A stretch of DNA of 63,771 bases, counting the filler, from Perkinsus chesapeaki ATCC PRA-425 (lineage: Eukaryota; Protista; Perkinsozoa): the NCBI GenBank assembly GCA_013115145.1. It is 12 parts of 12 records of this genome, joined end to end, with 100 filler letters (N's around TTAATTAATTAA, not from the genome) between each part and the next. Parts side by side here need not be neighbours in the genome. Positions count along the whole stretch, not along the records: positions 22,523 to 27,421 come from JAAPAO010001214.1; positions 27,522 to 29,450 come from JAAPAO010001726.1; positions 29,551 to 44,445 come from JAAPAO010000738.1; 9 more parts are not named here. One strand, given 5' to 3'. Below the pieces are notes generated by a model. It saw only the letters and a list, made by a program, of their open reading frames with translations. It was not told where the DNA came from and ran no database searches. Positions 25,397 to 37,654 of this stretch are shown piece by piece (position 1 is the stretch's first letter; every line of letters starts with the position of its first letter). The position numbers and the translations under genes were made by a program.

Positions 25397-27521
25397 TGAA
25401 TTCTTTGTTTCGTGGAGTGAAGTGTTCATCTGGATCACCAGAGAATAGTAGTCGTTGCAATATGGCACTGAGGGTTGCGGCGCAACCGTTGCGCTATTGA
25501 GCGAATAGTATTGGCCAGTGACTGACCGTCAGTCGGTTCGCTGGCAAGCGCTCGGAGCACTGTGCTCCCCGAAAAGCCCAACCCATCTTACAGGTACCGC
25601 CGATGTCAGACATTCAAGAAAAAGTTATAGGCCGTCGTCGAAATATTCAGGTAATGATTGAGAATCATGTTACACTGCAAACTTGTGCGTGAGGTACATA
25701 GCATCTGTTCATACAATGACGATCCGACTTCTAATACTGGTGTAAAATCTGATCTACCTGAGATGGCTCCGAGAAATCACCGAAGTTATGCGGATCATTT
25801 CGGATACAAGTGAGAATACGTCTCTTCCTTTTCGGGCAAGTCTTAAAATTCCGTTCGCTGAGAATCTCAGTCTGAGACGCATATCATATCAGTATGATGC
25901 TCCTATGATGGATTCCTGACAAGTCACATGTGATGGACCCCATCATATGTGTCCTGTCCACACGACATTCCTACCTGGTCTTGAAGTTCAAGTTGAAGAG
26001 CTGACAGCTCACTCCTTGAACATATCTCGGTAGCCGGGTCGAGATGCAGGTTCATTCGAGTTGCACCTTGCTTCTCGACGCTAACAGATGGGGGACTATT
26101 TTCAAAATCAATTTATGTCAGACTGACTTCCCTGTACGACCATAGACATTGTCAGGACACTACTTATCCTTGGAAATACAATGTTAGAGGACTTCGATAC
26201 CATGAAGCCAGGAGCTATTACAACTGCTGTAATATAACAAGAGCAATAATGCCATTATTATAATGGTGACACATGGAAGTGAATAAGAACGTTGGCAACA
26301 ACCATGGTCCTAGCCTCCGCAGGGAAGGCTGATACTATCAGGCCACTCGCTGGTATTAGGGCTCACATAATGCTGTTATAATAATTTTTGGAACAAGACC
26401 AACTACCGGTATAACGACAAGCATTACTAGTCAAACCTCAAGGAAAAGAATTCCCTCGGAAGACCCTCGAGCCAGGGCCCCTGACCCAGGGGTACGGTCA
26501 TAGAACGCTAAGGAGGACAGTGATGAAGGAGATCCGTCGGTTGCCTTTCTGGACTTCGACCTATGCGCGTTGGCGTCTGTCCCCTTCATCACAAAGTCAG
26601 GATACAAATGGTAGTATCACTATGATACCGTGGATGAACTCGAGCGCAGTTAAGTCATCCAAAGTGATGATGGAGAAGATAATATGTCCCTCAGTATAAT
26701 ATGTAACGAAAGTACTGCTTTTAAATACACAGTAAATAGAACTGGTTTTGAGCCGGATGAGCTACAAAGTTTATAGTATAAACCACGATTCACACTCACT
26801 CATTGTCTTTCACGGCTTGTAGTATTTTGTGTAATACAAAATTCGTCTAACTTCTAGCTTATACAGAGATATAGTTGTGTGTGTTTTGTTGTCAGCTGGA
26901 TCATCCAGTTTGGATGGTGGTGTAAAGTGGAATTTTTAAAAATATCCTCGCCGGGGAACGAACTGGCGACTGTCATTTTGCGCGCAGGCTGTGGATGTTA
27001 GATTTTTCAAACTTGATGCCCAGGGCCGATACACATAGGCCCTGCCTCACATAGGAAATCAAATGTCACACATGACATTGTCCTCGATGGATATAAACTT
27101 TATATTATAAAGTCCGAGTTTGTCGTCAGTGCGTTCCCCACCCTCTTCGGTACTCGCTCCCGGGAGTAGCCGGAAGACGATAAGAATCTATGCCTGGCCA
27201 GGCCAGGCTGGCCTTGCTATACCAAGGCATACGGAACGCGGGGAAGCTTGGCTCTCCTCACGGTTCGATAGCCGCTCAGCTTGTCACTCCCTAATGTTTC
27301 ATTGATATCTGGATTTGAAAACTACAACTACTGTTCCTTCGTTGGTAGGATGGGGCGGAGTTAACCAAGTGATGATTCTCTGGGCCAAATTTCCAGACCT
27401 TATCTCCTGAATTTCGCGGTCNNNNNNNNNNNNNNNNNNNNNNNNNNNNNNNNNNNNNNNNNNNNTTAATTAATTAANNNNNNNNNNNNNNNNNNNNNNN
27501 NNNNNNNNNNNNNNNNNNNNN

Positions 27522-27770
27522 TCCTCCTCATTACATTTATTTATTATTCTCATGCCTCCTCCTCCTCATTACAGTTATATATTATTCTCATGCCTCCTCC
27601 TCCTCATTACATTTATATATTATTCTCATGCCACCTCCTCCTCCTCCTCATTACATTTATTTATTATTCTCATGCCACCTCCTCCTCCTCATTACATTTA
27701 TATATTATTCTCATGCCTCCTCCTCATTACATTTATATATTATTCTCATGCCACCACCACCTTCTTATTA
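27522..27770. repeat. Imperfect ~33-39 bp minisatellite (CCTCCTCCTCATTACATTTAT(A/T)TATTATTCTCATG)
   Basis: About 7 variable units starting at the contig edge. It generates the spurious poly-Pro ORFs. Confidence 0.9.
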
Positions 27771-27793
27771 TATAATTCCTTTCATCTCATTAG

Positions 27794-28864
27794 ATGGTAA
27801 GAAGCACAGAAATGCAATGTGGTATTATAACGAGGGGGCCATGTTAGACTCTGACCTTCCAGAATGCATCAGGGTAATACCTTCCTCCGTACCTACTCCA
27901 TTATTGATGCCCTTTGCAGATGCTACAAGATGGCTTCTACTACTGTGAGTTTTGCGATTCCAAGATGACGAGTGTCGGTTCTGTCCAGATGCACTTGTCA
28001 GGAAGGAACCATATTAAAGTGAGGGCAATTGAATTTCTCTTGGAATTGGTTGTATGTCATCAGGCGGAGAAATATCAGTCGTCGGACGCACAAGGCATGC
28101 TGCTGCACGACGAGGATTTCAGAGAGCACTATGCCAGGCAGTTTTATAACAACAACATCGCGGCCGAGTTTGGCATTGTTCCTCGAGGTAGATGATTCAT
28201 GCGCCAATCACCTGGGCGAACGTTCAATGAAGTTCTTACGCAACTATTAGTCAAAGCAAAATGTTAATTAACGTAGCGGATACGGAGTATCCCATGGTAC
28301 ACCTGAGCGTGTCACTCATCGGTATCATTGTCACAAGGTATGCAGCATAATTCCACTTGTTTTTACAACTGATAGGCAATAGTGTTGCTCATGGATAATA
28401 CTTATTTATAGATAGTATAATCGATATTTTCTATGTGTTGAATTATTAAGTTGTAATTATTACCTTTTTATTCATTATCAAATAGTTGATATTAATATAT
28501 TTTCTATATCGATATATCGTATTACCAGTCCGTGCTGCTGCCAAGGTATAGCGCCATCCCACTGGGCAGAGATGCTGCATTGCCCTCTATGTGATCAAAC
28601 ACCATCAACCTGGCAGAGTTGGTCATCTCATTGCACAAGCAAGCGACACTTGAATAATGTTGAGGATTTGAGCACGCAATATTACTGCTACTGGATCAAT
28701 TTGAAATCTGGCGGGGTGAGTGATGGCTTCGTTTACACTTACGTAAATGAACTGTATATTGCAGCAATATACCGCCGTTCATTCAGGTCGATTATTTCTT
28801 TGATTTGGTGACCGGACTGTGGCAAACTCAACAGCCAGAAGAATTGGCGGTTTTGAGACGATAA
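27794..28864 (+). CDS. Protein with two U1/matrin-type C2H2 zinc fingers and a WW-like C-terminus, multi-exon
   Basis: CEFC-x12-H-x5-H (27920-28019) and CPLC-x12-H-x5-H (about 28580-28650). Last exon 28787-28864 VDYFFDLVTGLWQTQQP follows YWINLKSGG. 5' end runs into the repeat and gap. Confidence 0.62.
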
Positions 28865-29129
28865 CTTACCTCAGGTTTCTGATAACACGGTTCTTGATTT
28901 GCTGACACAGTCAAATAACAGGAGTAACGTAACACAACAACGTAGGATCGTAACGCGAAGGACTCGACAACATAATGTGGAGTGATCATTATTATTATTG
29001 AGTTGCACTCTACTAATATAATAGATGAAGAGACACTATAGAGGCAATGCCCAAGTGGCAGAGATCATGCAATTATTGGATATCGATATTATTGATTCAA
29101 TACCTAAAGCCGGAAGGCAAAAGTGCTCT

Positions 29130-29450
29130 AGAGAGATCTCCAGCGTCGAAAGTCCTGGGCAAAGACGTTTCCGGTATTTGGGGATCACGGGCGATATGTC
29201 AGTTCTGGGGTACCTACGGATGCGAATGCTACTGCTGATATGTTATCACGTATGGGTGCTGGTATTTACCAATCGTTGGAAATGGTATTAACTTTAAATA
29301 AGGAAGCTAACAATGAAGCAATTGGTGTGAAGGTTTCCAAGGTAGAGGTACAGGCTGAGAAGGATCTCGACTATTCGAAATTACGTCAGCAACAAGAGGA
29401 TGACCCTTTACTTGTAGGCCTAATTAGGCGTTGTCAGAAGGCTCCCGATA
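29130..29450 (+). mobile_element. Degenerate Ty3/Gypsy pol fragment (RNase H end and integrase connector)
   Basis: VPTDANATADMLSR matches the N..AD.LSR RNase H end, and LRQQQEDDPLL matches the Q..DP connector. In-frame stop upstream; cut by the gap. Confidence 0.62.
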
Positions 29451-31359
29451 NNNNNNNNNNNNNNNNNNNNNNNNNNNNNNNNNNNNNNNNNNNNTTAATT
29501 AATTAANNNNNNNNNNNNNNNNNNNNNNNNNNNNNNNNNNNNNNNNNNNNCTCAACCCCTGTTTTCTATGGCATCAACTGTAGAGTTACCGGCACAGATA
29601 GAGAACAGAACCGGCCAAGACACATGGCGTAAGGATTCAAAGGTGAAGCGACAGACCATGCTTGTTCACTAACAACAGGCTCAAGTTAAGCCAAGCGATC
29701 CGTCTATCTCCCAGTGCGAACTTATAGATTGACTCTAGTAGCAGATCGTTGCAGTGTCTGGTAATCACTTCGTTGTGGTGTTTTGCTTATTGGGTGCATA
29801 ACATTCAACCTTACACTTTCAACCGCTATAACTTCCCCGCTAACATACAGTTGTGGCCGAGCGATCCGAGCAGATACCATTTAAGAACTAAAACCGAACC
29901 AGATCAATCCAATCGTTTAGACGCCCCTCGACGGCCGAAAGGTGGACTGTGATAATGCTTTACTTCAGAAGTTCAGACCATTTCAACTTCTATTGAAGAT
30001 CTTCCTCAGCGTTATCAGAATCTATTGCATTCCACTATACTATACTTTATTACACTTAACTTCACTTTCCCACTATACATGTTAATGTATGCAATCTCTT
30101 TGGCCTCCCCGCCACGTAACTACAACCCAACTCATCCCGTCCCTCAGAAACATTTATTAACTCTATCATACTTAATTCGCCACACTAGGAACTGTGCCAA
30201 CCCGGGCGCTTGTAGGGCATGCTCGGCCTTCAAACATCCATATTTGGTGCTTATCAAATCGGAAGATATTTTGTCAAATTGACCCATCCTCACCGGGATG
30301 AACTCCGCCATACCATCCGCAATCGTACTCTCAATCAGACTCCCTCCAGAGGCCGCTAGACTCAACTTCAGTGCCCGTCCGCCACACAGCCCCAGCAGCG
30401 GCAAACCGATAAAATGCAAGGATTGCAGGAGGAAACCTGGAGCGAGGGAGAGATTCAAAACTGCGACGCACGTCATCGAGAAGGCGAAAATCATCGACCA
30501 TTTCAGCGCCCTCGCCAACATCCTGAGGAACAATTTTTTCATGTCCCAAAATATGTACTTTACTTCTCCCTGCTAAACTTAGCCCACTCGATCACGTCCG
30601 CTGGGCCATATTGCTCTGGGTCATAATAAACAACCAAACATGGGCGGTCTTCCGGAACTCCACGAGAAGTCACCACCGCGCACCGAAATAAAGTGGCTTC
30701 GAGAGGATCGAAACGAGATGACCTAAGTTAATTTCTGTGAGGGATGATAATTCACTCTCAACAAAGTTGACCAATCCGACATCCGCGATCGTCATTTTCA
30801 AATCTAGCTAGAACACTTCGGATGCGGTAGCTACAGTCATTCAGTGAACCGCGCTTGGGAGGCGGCCTGAGCCCGTTCTCTGCACTGCCCCGTGCACACA
30901 CGATTGTAGTTTATCTCTCTTTTCCCATTGTCTACTCTAATCGTTGGGTTGATTCAGTGCGTATATCATTATATGTTCACCACCTTCATCAACAACGATT
31001 CTCACTTGTCCTCAAACTACATTACCTTGAAAACCTCGAACCATTTCGTGGAGCCGATTACATGCCTGCAGCACTCGACATAGCACTCGATAAATGTCGG
31101 ACACTTTCACCGATAACCAGACAGCACTTTAGAGTATACTACTCGATGACAATACAGTGTTAAGTCATCATCAAAGTAGTCCCATCACCCCTAAACACTC
31201 CAATTGCAGGCGAATGAGAGCGTTGTTGCTCGAGACCTAGTGAAAGACGCCAGCCATGACCATCAGTTGCCCGAGGCCATAATCACACCTACAGCGCCCT
31301 GATAGCGTATTCAGTACGTAACCTGACTATTTTCCTGACTTCTCCCCCTTTCCATTCTA

Positions 31360-31839
31360 TTACATTTGGTTTTCCATCCAATTAGCCAGCCTGACTCGAC
31401 CTATCTCTCGCATAGGCTCTGTCTTCTCCAATTCATCGATGATATCAATTATCCTATTAAACGCGGACAACTTTCCTAGTCTTGGTTCTCGTATGGCATA
31501 CACCACTGGCCCGCCTCCGCCGGAGTGTTTAATAGGTATAAGACGATGACGAAAGAAGTATAGACGAGCCACTGACATAATCCATGAGACGGGACAGCCG
31601 CCGACACAACAGCCTGACCAAGGACTAGACACTTCAACAGCGAATGGAGATCCATGAACAACGAAGTTGATACGGGTTAATTTTGAGGGAAGATAATAAT
31701 ACAACTTGAGCTTCATCTCTGCATTGGGCGTCCTGTTAATGAATACAAAACATCGATTTTGAACATATGTCATTTGCTGCCATGGAGCACCTAGAGATAC
31801 TTGTAAAATACTATCAATTATAACACCCTCACCCGCCAT
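31360..31839 (-). CDS. Hypothetical protein
   Basis: 159-codon ATG ORF co-oriented with the other genes of this contig. No recognised domain. Confidence 0.28.
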   Translation of the reverse strand: MAGEGVIIDSILQVSLGAPWQQMTYVQNRCFVFINRTPNAEMKLKLYYYLPSKLTRINFVVHGSPFAVEVSSPWSGCCVGGCPVSWIMSVARLYFFRHRLIPIKHSGGGGPVVYAIREPRLGKLSAFNRIIDIIDELEKTEPMREIGRVRLANWMENQM

Positions 31840-32120
31840 GCATTATCATACCGCACTTTCCTATAATCGTATTTAATACCACCATGCCCCTCCCTCCTTT
31901 GATGACCTGTAACCCAATAAATGTTAGAAGTCGAAAAAGCAATATTGTCGTAAACAGTGTAAGGAACCGCTACTCGACTTAGGCGATTTCTCGCTCCAAA
32001 TCGAGAGCTCTATGAAGGCTTCTGAAGAATTCGTTGGCCGATATAACGTATGATGCAAAATTCATGTTCGCGACGAACCTAACCTCAAAAATATCTTTAC
32101 TGCATGAAGCTAAGATACCC

Positions 32121-32564
32121 TTACATTTCAGCAGCTTCCTCAGCCGTCACTAACTCAATACCAACCAGCTTGCATATATGGTTGAGAGCCGTCTTAAGCT
32201 GAGCTGGCTCCTTCAGAAGCCTCTCACCACTGGCACTCCCCGCAGTAGCACCTAAAGTAATGTTTAACAATACACAACGGACCGGGGCTTTTCGTACGTC
32301 CGAAACTTTCCAGGCAGGCGACTTGGAAATCGCCTTGGTCTCTGAGAAGTCGACCAAGAGCCTTTACGGAATCATCGTGCTCTTGGATGGTATCTTCAGT
32401 CTGTCATAAAATCGATCAACCGTTTCATGACATATAACACTTACATCAGCCGCTGTGACTCGCTCAGAGTCTCCATTAGGGTCCACCACGGGAATGGCCA
32501 TACCGATAGCGCTGGCCTCCCACTCTTCCGGAATCAACTGACCGTCTTCCATAGCCATTTTCAA
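32121..32564 (-). pseudogene. Interrupted ORF (single in-frame TAA), unknown product
   Basis: ORFs 32364-32564 and 32121-32357 are in the same frame, separated only by TAA at 32366-32364. Confidence 0.25.
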
Positions 32565-32610
32565 TGATAATAGTTAAGTAACTCCTATCAATAGCAAGCT
32601 TAGTCGCTGC

Positions 32611-32649
32611 AAAAAATAAAAAATACCCTCACCGGGGATCGAACCCGGG
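32611..32649 (-). other. tRNA-like 3' half (T-arm/B-box) followed by oligo-T
   Basis: CCGGG-TTCGATC-CCCGG forms a perfect 5-bp T stem, then TGAGGGTA and TTTTTTATTTTTT. No matching 5' acceptor strand found. Confidence 0.25.
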
Positions 32650-33717
32650 ATCAATATCAGCGCTCTTTCTTTCTCGCTCGCCTCAAAATACTGGTCAACA
32701 CTGCGACTAGGTATTGGTAAGGAAGGGGCGAATAACGTGGTAAAGCATGGTAAGACAGTCATACAATACACCAGCCAACACTTAATGATGGTACAGTCTC
32801 ATGACACTGTGGACAGGATAATGTCGGACTTAGCCTACCACCGTGCAATCTGAAGGAGAAGGAACGGTATTATAGTAGACCAAAGCATCTTATTGCTAAC
32901 GGAGGAGATATTCAATAAATTTATCAAACAGTGGCATCTTTCACTCGGGAAATACGGAAAGCTTAAGGGTTTAAGTTGAACACTTTAATTGAGTTACCCC
33001 AAGGAAAGAGCACAAGCCAAGCAACGCGCAACAAAGAGATAGATTTTTTGAACGAAGCCTACTCGTACCTACGGGCACCATTCAATAGCATTGTATCAAA
33101 TAAACTAGACCGCTGCTAGAATTCGGGAGCGTTCTACTTCGACCTGCTGTCTACTCACTCGCACGTCATATCCAACTGGTCGATGCTGCTGCTAGGATCG
33201 GGTCTAGGCCACTGCGTGTATCCAGCTGCCTGGCATGGTCGCCGTCGCTTTGGTTTAACTATCGCTGGTAGAGTACAAGGCACATCTGGTGTTTTACACC
33301 TAGCAGGCGGTGATCGATGTGATCGGGGATCAACCTGACGAGTAGAAAAGCGGAGTAAATATATGAGCAACCAAACTGCTAGGAACCTACGAGGAAGACA
33401 ATGGCCAAAGACAAACAAAGGAAGATTTAGAAGCTTCTAATAAGAACGCGATAAGCACTGAAAATCACGACAGGTTGCTCGCAATGCACCGATATGAATC
33501 ATTGGGCGTACTTGCAGAGAATGAAAGTTTCAATATCAGTCATCGATCTTTAGCTTTACAACTTGTGGAGTGCAAGAAAAGTAACGAAGATGGAGATTTG
33601 CCGGAGCTTCTCTGAACTGTCGGAACTACAGCTTACTTGTTCGCTTGGCTCAAGTAGCTTGGCCACCACGCATTCCGCAAGCTCTCGCAGTAGCACGCTC
33701 TGAAGAGAATCCAATTG

Positions 33718-36700
33718 TTAGTCGATCCTCAGAGACCAGCATACCTGGTTCTCGCTATAGAGCTGGTAGTCCTGAGATTCCTGGACACGGAGGGGATCTT
33801 GCATTATAGTTCGCAAAACCTGAGTCACATCCACGCCGCCAGAAATCCTCTTTCCTACGCGGTTTTTCCGACGGTGCTTAGAGAACTGCGAGAGTCTGAA
33901 AGAAAGGATCATCGTTTAATGGGAAAGTACGAGCAACCTTTTTGTCATCTTGTCAACGTTGTATTTCTTAGCATCGACTGAGCCGGCTTCGAGGTGCAGC
34001 GATGTCAAGGAGCCGGGGGCGGCTGAAACACGCGATGGTTGATAAACAATTAAAGTTGATTGAGATCAGTTGAATAGAGTTAATAGCGTTAAAGTTAAAC
34101 TAGAGTTAAAAAAATAAAAAATAATTATCTCCATCATTCGAGATAGAAGCGGCTATTGAAGGAATGCAAAGTCTGAAGGGCTGCTAGCCTAACAGTGTTA
34201 CGTGACCTGTCTTGCCACTCGCTGGGAATCGAACCTGTGCCTCTTACTCTCCATATCATCATCACTCCAATCGTCGCCACTAGAATCGTTCGCCAGAAGC
34301 TTTTTCCAAGCATCCCCGTCTCCGTCAAACTGTTGTCGCATAGCGAAGTGGTTTCGACCTCTCACCCTCTGAGGTAGTCTCCTAGCCAAAAAAGTCACGA
34401 GCCACGAAATTGATAATCAGCCCCACCTGGACCCTTCCCCGTTCAGCAGCCCAAGTAGCGTTTCAGATACCTGAAGTCGGAAGAATCGCCTTTCAGAAAT
34501 GCCGAACGCGTCGCACTCTCGCCATAAGTTTGCTATACCAACGTTCCGCTAAATCACGCTTTCTTGACACCCTGTCTAGAGAATCGAGATGGAGACGATC
34601 GAAGACGTTCATCCATGGCTTGGCTTGTGTGCCACCAAGAGCCGACCTAATTTGCACAAATATTTAGCACGCATGCGCAAGCCTACTGTCGCGGTCTCTT
34701 CTGTGTTCCGTTGTCATCAGATGGATTTAGAAGTTCGGTCATCTCCCGCAGCTCTTGCTCCAAGAATATCGCCTTTCGTCGCTCATCTTCGTACATCTGA
34801 CCATTGTCAAATAGTTCCGAAGTCTTTCTCAATGCAACTTACTTTTTTGTATTTTTTAAACTTTCCGAGCTCTTCAACCGCCTTATTCGATTCCGCCAAA
34901 TCGATCGCGAGCTGCTCAGCCCGAAGAGTCATCCGCTTGTGCTCCTTCTGAACGTTTGCCATTTGGGCCTTTTGCTCATCAAAAGCCTTCTGTTGCGCCT
35001 CGACCTCTCTACGATACTCTTCTTTGGCTTCTTGCTCTTGCCGTTTAAACTCTTCGAATGCCTCTTCTCTCTTCAATCGCTCCTCTTCTAACTGAAATAC
35101 ACACTCTCTATTCAGCTCTAAAGAGGACATCGAAGTTCGCTGAATTAGGGACTTCCATTATCCGGATCTCCTACTGTCATTCACTGTTCAAAATTCAATT
35201 TCATTGGGTTTTCGCAACAAGAGCGAACGAAAGACAATTCCTTACCTGCACTTGTAACACTCCAATTTCTTGAGCTTCCTCTTGGAGCTTCTCAAACTCG
35301 GCCGTTAGCGACACGAACTCCTCCTCCTGACATTAATTCTCTCCAGAGATGAGAGATCATCATGGTACTCACCTTGCTGGCTAAGGACCGTTGGACATCG
35401 GCAACTACTTCCAAAGCCTCTGCCTTATCCGCCTCCAAAGCCTTGATGCGCTCAGCAAGCTCATCTCTTTCTGCTGTGATGGTGTCTTTCTCAGTTTGGA
35501 GCTAATAGAGTATTTATTCGGCCTTCACATTAAAACAGTTCTAATTCAATATAAAGGGCCGATGATATTCGATAATGCATGTCTATAGATCACACGCCTT
35601 TCCACATTACACGCAAAGAGCTCCCTACTTATCTATAACAACATTACACTACCACCGTAAGTCCGTGTTCCTTATGCACATGCTAATATGAACTATACGT
35701 GGTAGCGATTCCCTTATACCAATATTTACCAACAATAGCTTATGAATGCCTACTCGCTAACAGATGCACTCCCCAATAAAGAAAGAGGTGCTTCCTTACC
35801 CGTTCTATCTCTGGCTTCACAAGCTCTAACTCGGCCGTTGTCGCGTCGAGTGCTTCGGACAACTGAGCGGCACTCCAGGCATCAATACCATTGGCACAAT
35901 ACTTACCTTTTCGATCTCAGTTTCCAGCTCGGATATTCTCAAGACTTGAAGCTCACAGCTGTGCTTCAACTTAGCCATCTCTTCCTCAATCTACACAAGC
36001 TATAAACCATCCCAAGGCCCACAGTCGGCTCACCTCAGCTCCCATCCAATCCAGAGCACCCGGCTGGCTCGCTACCAATGCCTTCAAAGCATCTCTGACA
36101 AGAAGAAGCCGTCCATAGCGCATTAGGGTCTCTTTCGTTCACCTTAGTGTCTTATTTGGCCTTTCAAGCATCAGCCTTAGTCTCTCATTGCATATATTCA
36201 AGACCAGCTCCTTCAGTTCCTCGTCCAGATGGGAAACAGGATCATAGAACACCACCTAACAGATGATCATTCCGCTGCAGGATCCATAAGCAGCCGACCT
36301 CGAGCTCGCCCTTGTTCATAGTGACTCCTTCCATATCCGCTTGAGGCCCTCGTATTTGCCCTCTCATTCCGGAGACATCTTGAAGATATCTTTTCTGAGC
36401 ATTCCTGCTTGATGCTACCAGCTGAGCGTATCTGAAATGGAGCCATTGCTTTTAGCAGCTGCCGTAACACAACGCCCACTTCTCCTCTATAATGGCTTTG
36501 TCCTCAAGGTCTCGCTTAACCACAAGATAACATCGTCCCACCATATTCTCAGCAAACTCGTGGACACGTTGGTGGTCTGAGAGGATTCATGCTGCGTGCT
36601 TGCGCCCATCCGACGCCCACGCGGCTCTGCTAGCTGCACTGAGGATTTCGGTGAAGTAACTTTGAATAAATCTGCTAGGCACTGAAGGAGGAATAAGCTA

Positions 36701-37131
36701 ATCAAAATGTGAATGCACTTCGAGAACTTACAGAGTCAACTTGGTGTTTGATAAGTGAGTCTCCTTCCTCGTCAATGAGGCACTTCCGGATGAAACTAAT
36801 CTTGCTGGCCAGGCTGTCCCTACGAAGCATACATGATTTTATGATGACACGGTGGGTGGTCTCAGTCTCACTTATCGTCCAGAATCGCTTGGCGCCTATC
36901 CCTTGTTTGTGGCTCTTGAGGCTCAATTTCTCCAACGAGACGGGGCTCCGCTACCTCAGGACCTGCAGCGGCTAGTGGCTCCGGAAGTCTCCCAACTGGC
37001 TTGGGTTTTCCTAAAGCGGCAGTCCTTCGTTGAAGTCGCCGATCTCTATTGGAGTTTATCATTTCGGCAAAGAACCTCCTCTGTAAACAACGATAAGACT
37101 CGTGCCCTTGGAGTCGGGGAAAGTCATTCAT
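33718..37131 (-). CDS. Uncharacterised coiled-coil protein, multi-exon; 3' end uncertain
   Basis: ATG at 37131, then GT-AG exons ILDDK/DSLASKISFIRKCL, LDEELKELVLNICNERLRLMLER, IEEEMAKLK, EKDTITAERDELAERIKALE, LEEERLKREEAFEEFKRQEQEAKEEY, MYEDERRKAIFLEQELRE. Confidence 0.6.
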
Positions 37132-37260
37132 TGTTACCTCGCCTACTTGTAATACTGCACGGTAACAACTCGACTAGGAGGAGTGTTTGGACAGGGTTAA
37201 CATTGATAGACATGATGTAGTAATACACGAGAAATTAACAAGTGACAATATTAATAAATA
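37130..37260. repeat. 131-bp dispersed duplicate (copy 1)
   Basis: Matches 40343-40473 with one mismatch (catgatgTag vs catgatgGag). Confidence 0.9.
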
Positions 37261-37654
37261 GTAATAATATAAATGGTGAGTATTCAGAATAATTGAGCAA
37301 TATCTTTATAAATGAGTAGCTCACGACTCGGGGAAATTCTTTGATGGAAGGTGAAGGACGTAAAAGATACAGTACGCGCAACCTAGAGACTTGATAGCTA
37401 AGCTTAACGCCTCAGAGAGGCCCTCTCTAGATTGCGCGTACCGTACACCGGAACCCAGCACTAGCAGAGTGACTTTCTCATCACAATAACAGTTAGGTCC
37501 CTCGACATACTGTCGAAACAATAGCATAAACATAAAGAAGACAAACAGTGGAAGAGCTTACAGATCGAATACGGGTACGAAGCATCTTGTAATACTAAAC
37601 AAGTAAGACAGACTAGTGCAATACTACTAGATGGAGAAGGAGGCTCCTGGACAT

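Noticed and set aside
27552-27948. Proline-rich or extensin-like ORFs
   Set aside because: They are translations of the CCT-rich minisatellite in several frames; only the distal part overlaps a real exon.
30144-30576. Overlapping ORFs on both strands (132 aa and 92 aa)
   Set aside because: No motif or splice support to choose a strand, so left uncalled.
33644-33654. CTTGGCTCAAG, matching the 3' half of the dinoflagellate/perkinsid spliced leader
   Set aside because: Only 11 nt, the 5' half is absent, there is no GT donor after it and no plus-strand gene follows; compatible with chance.
34221-34241. GGTTCGATTCC B-box-like sequence
   Set aside because: The T-stem does not pair and the site lies inside a coding exon (HRFDSQR).
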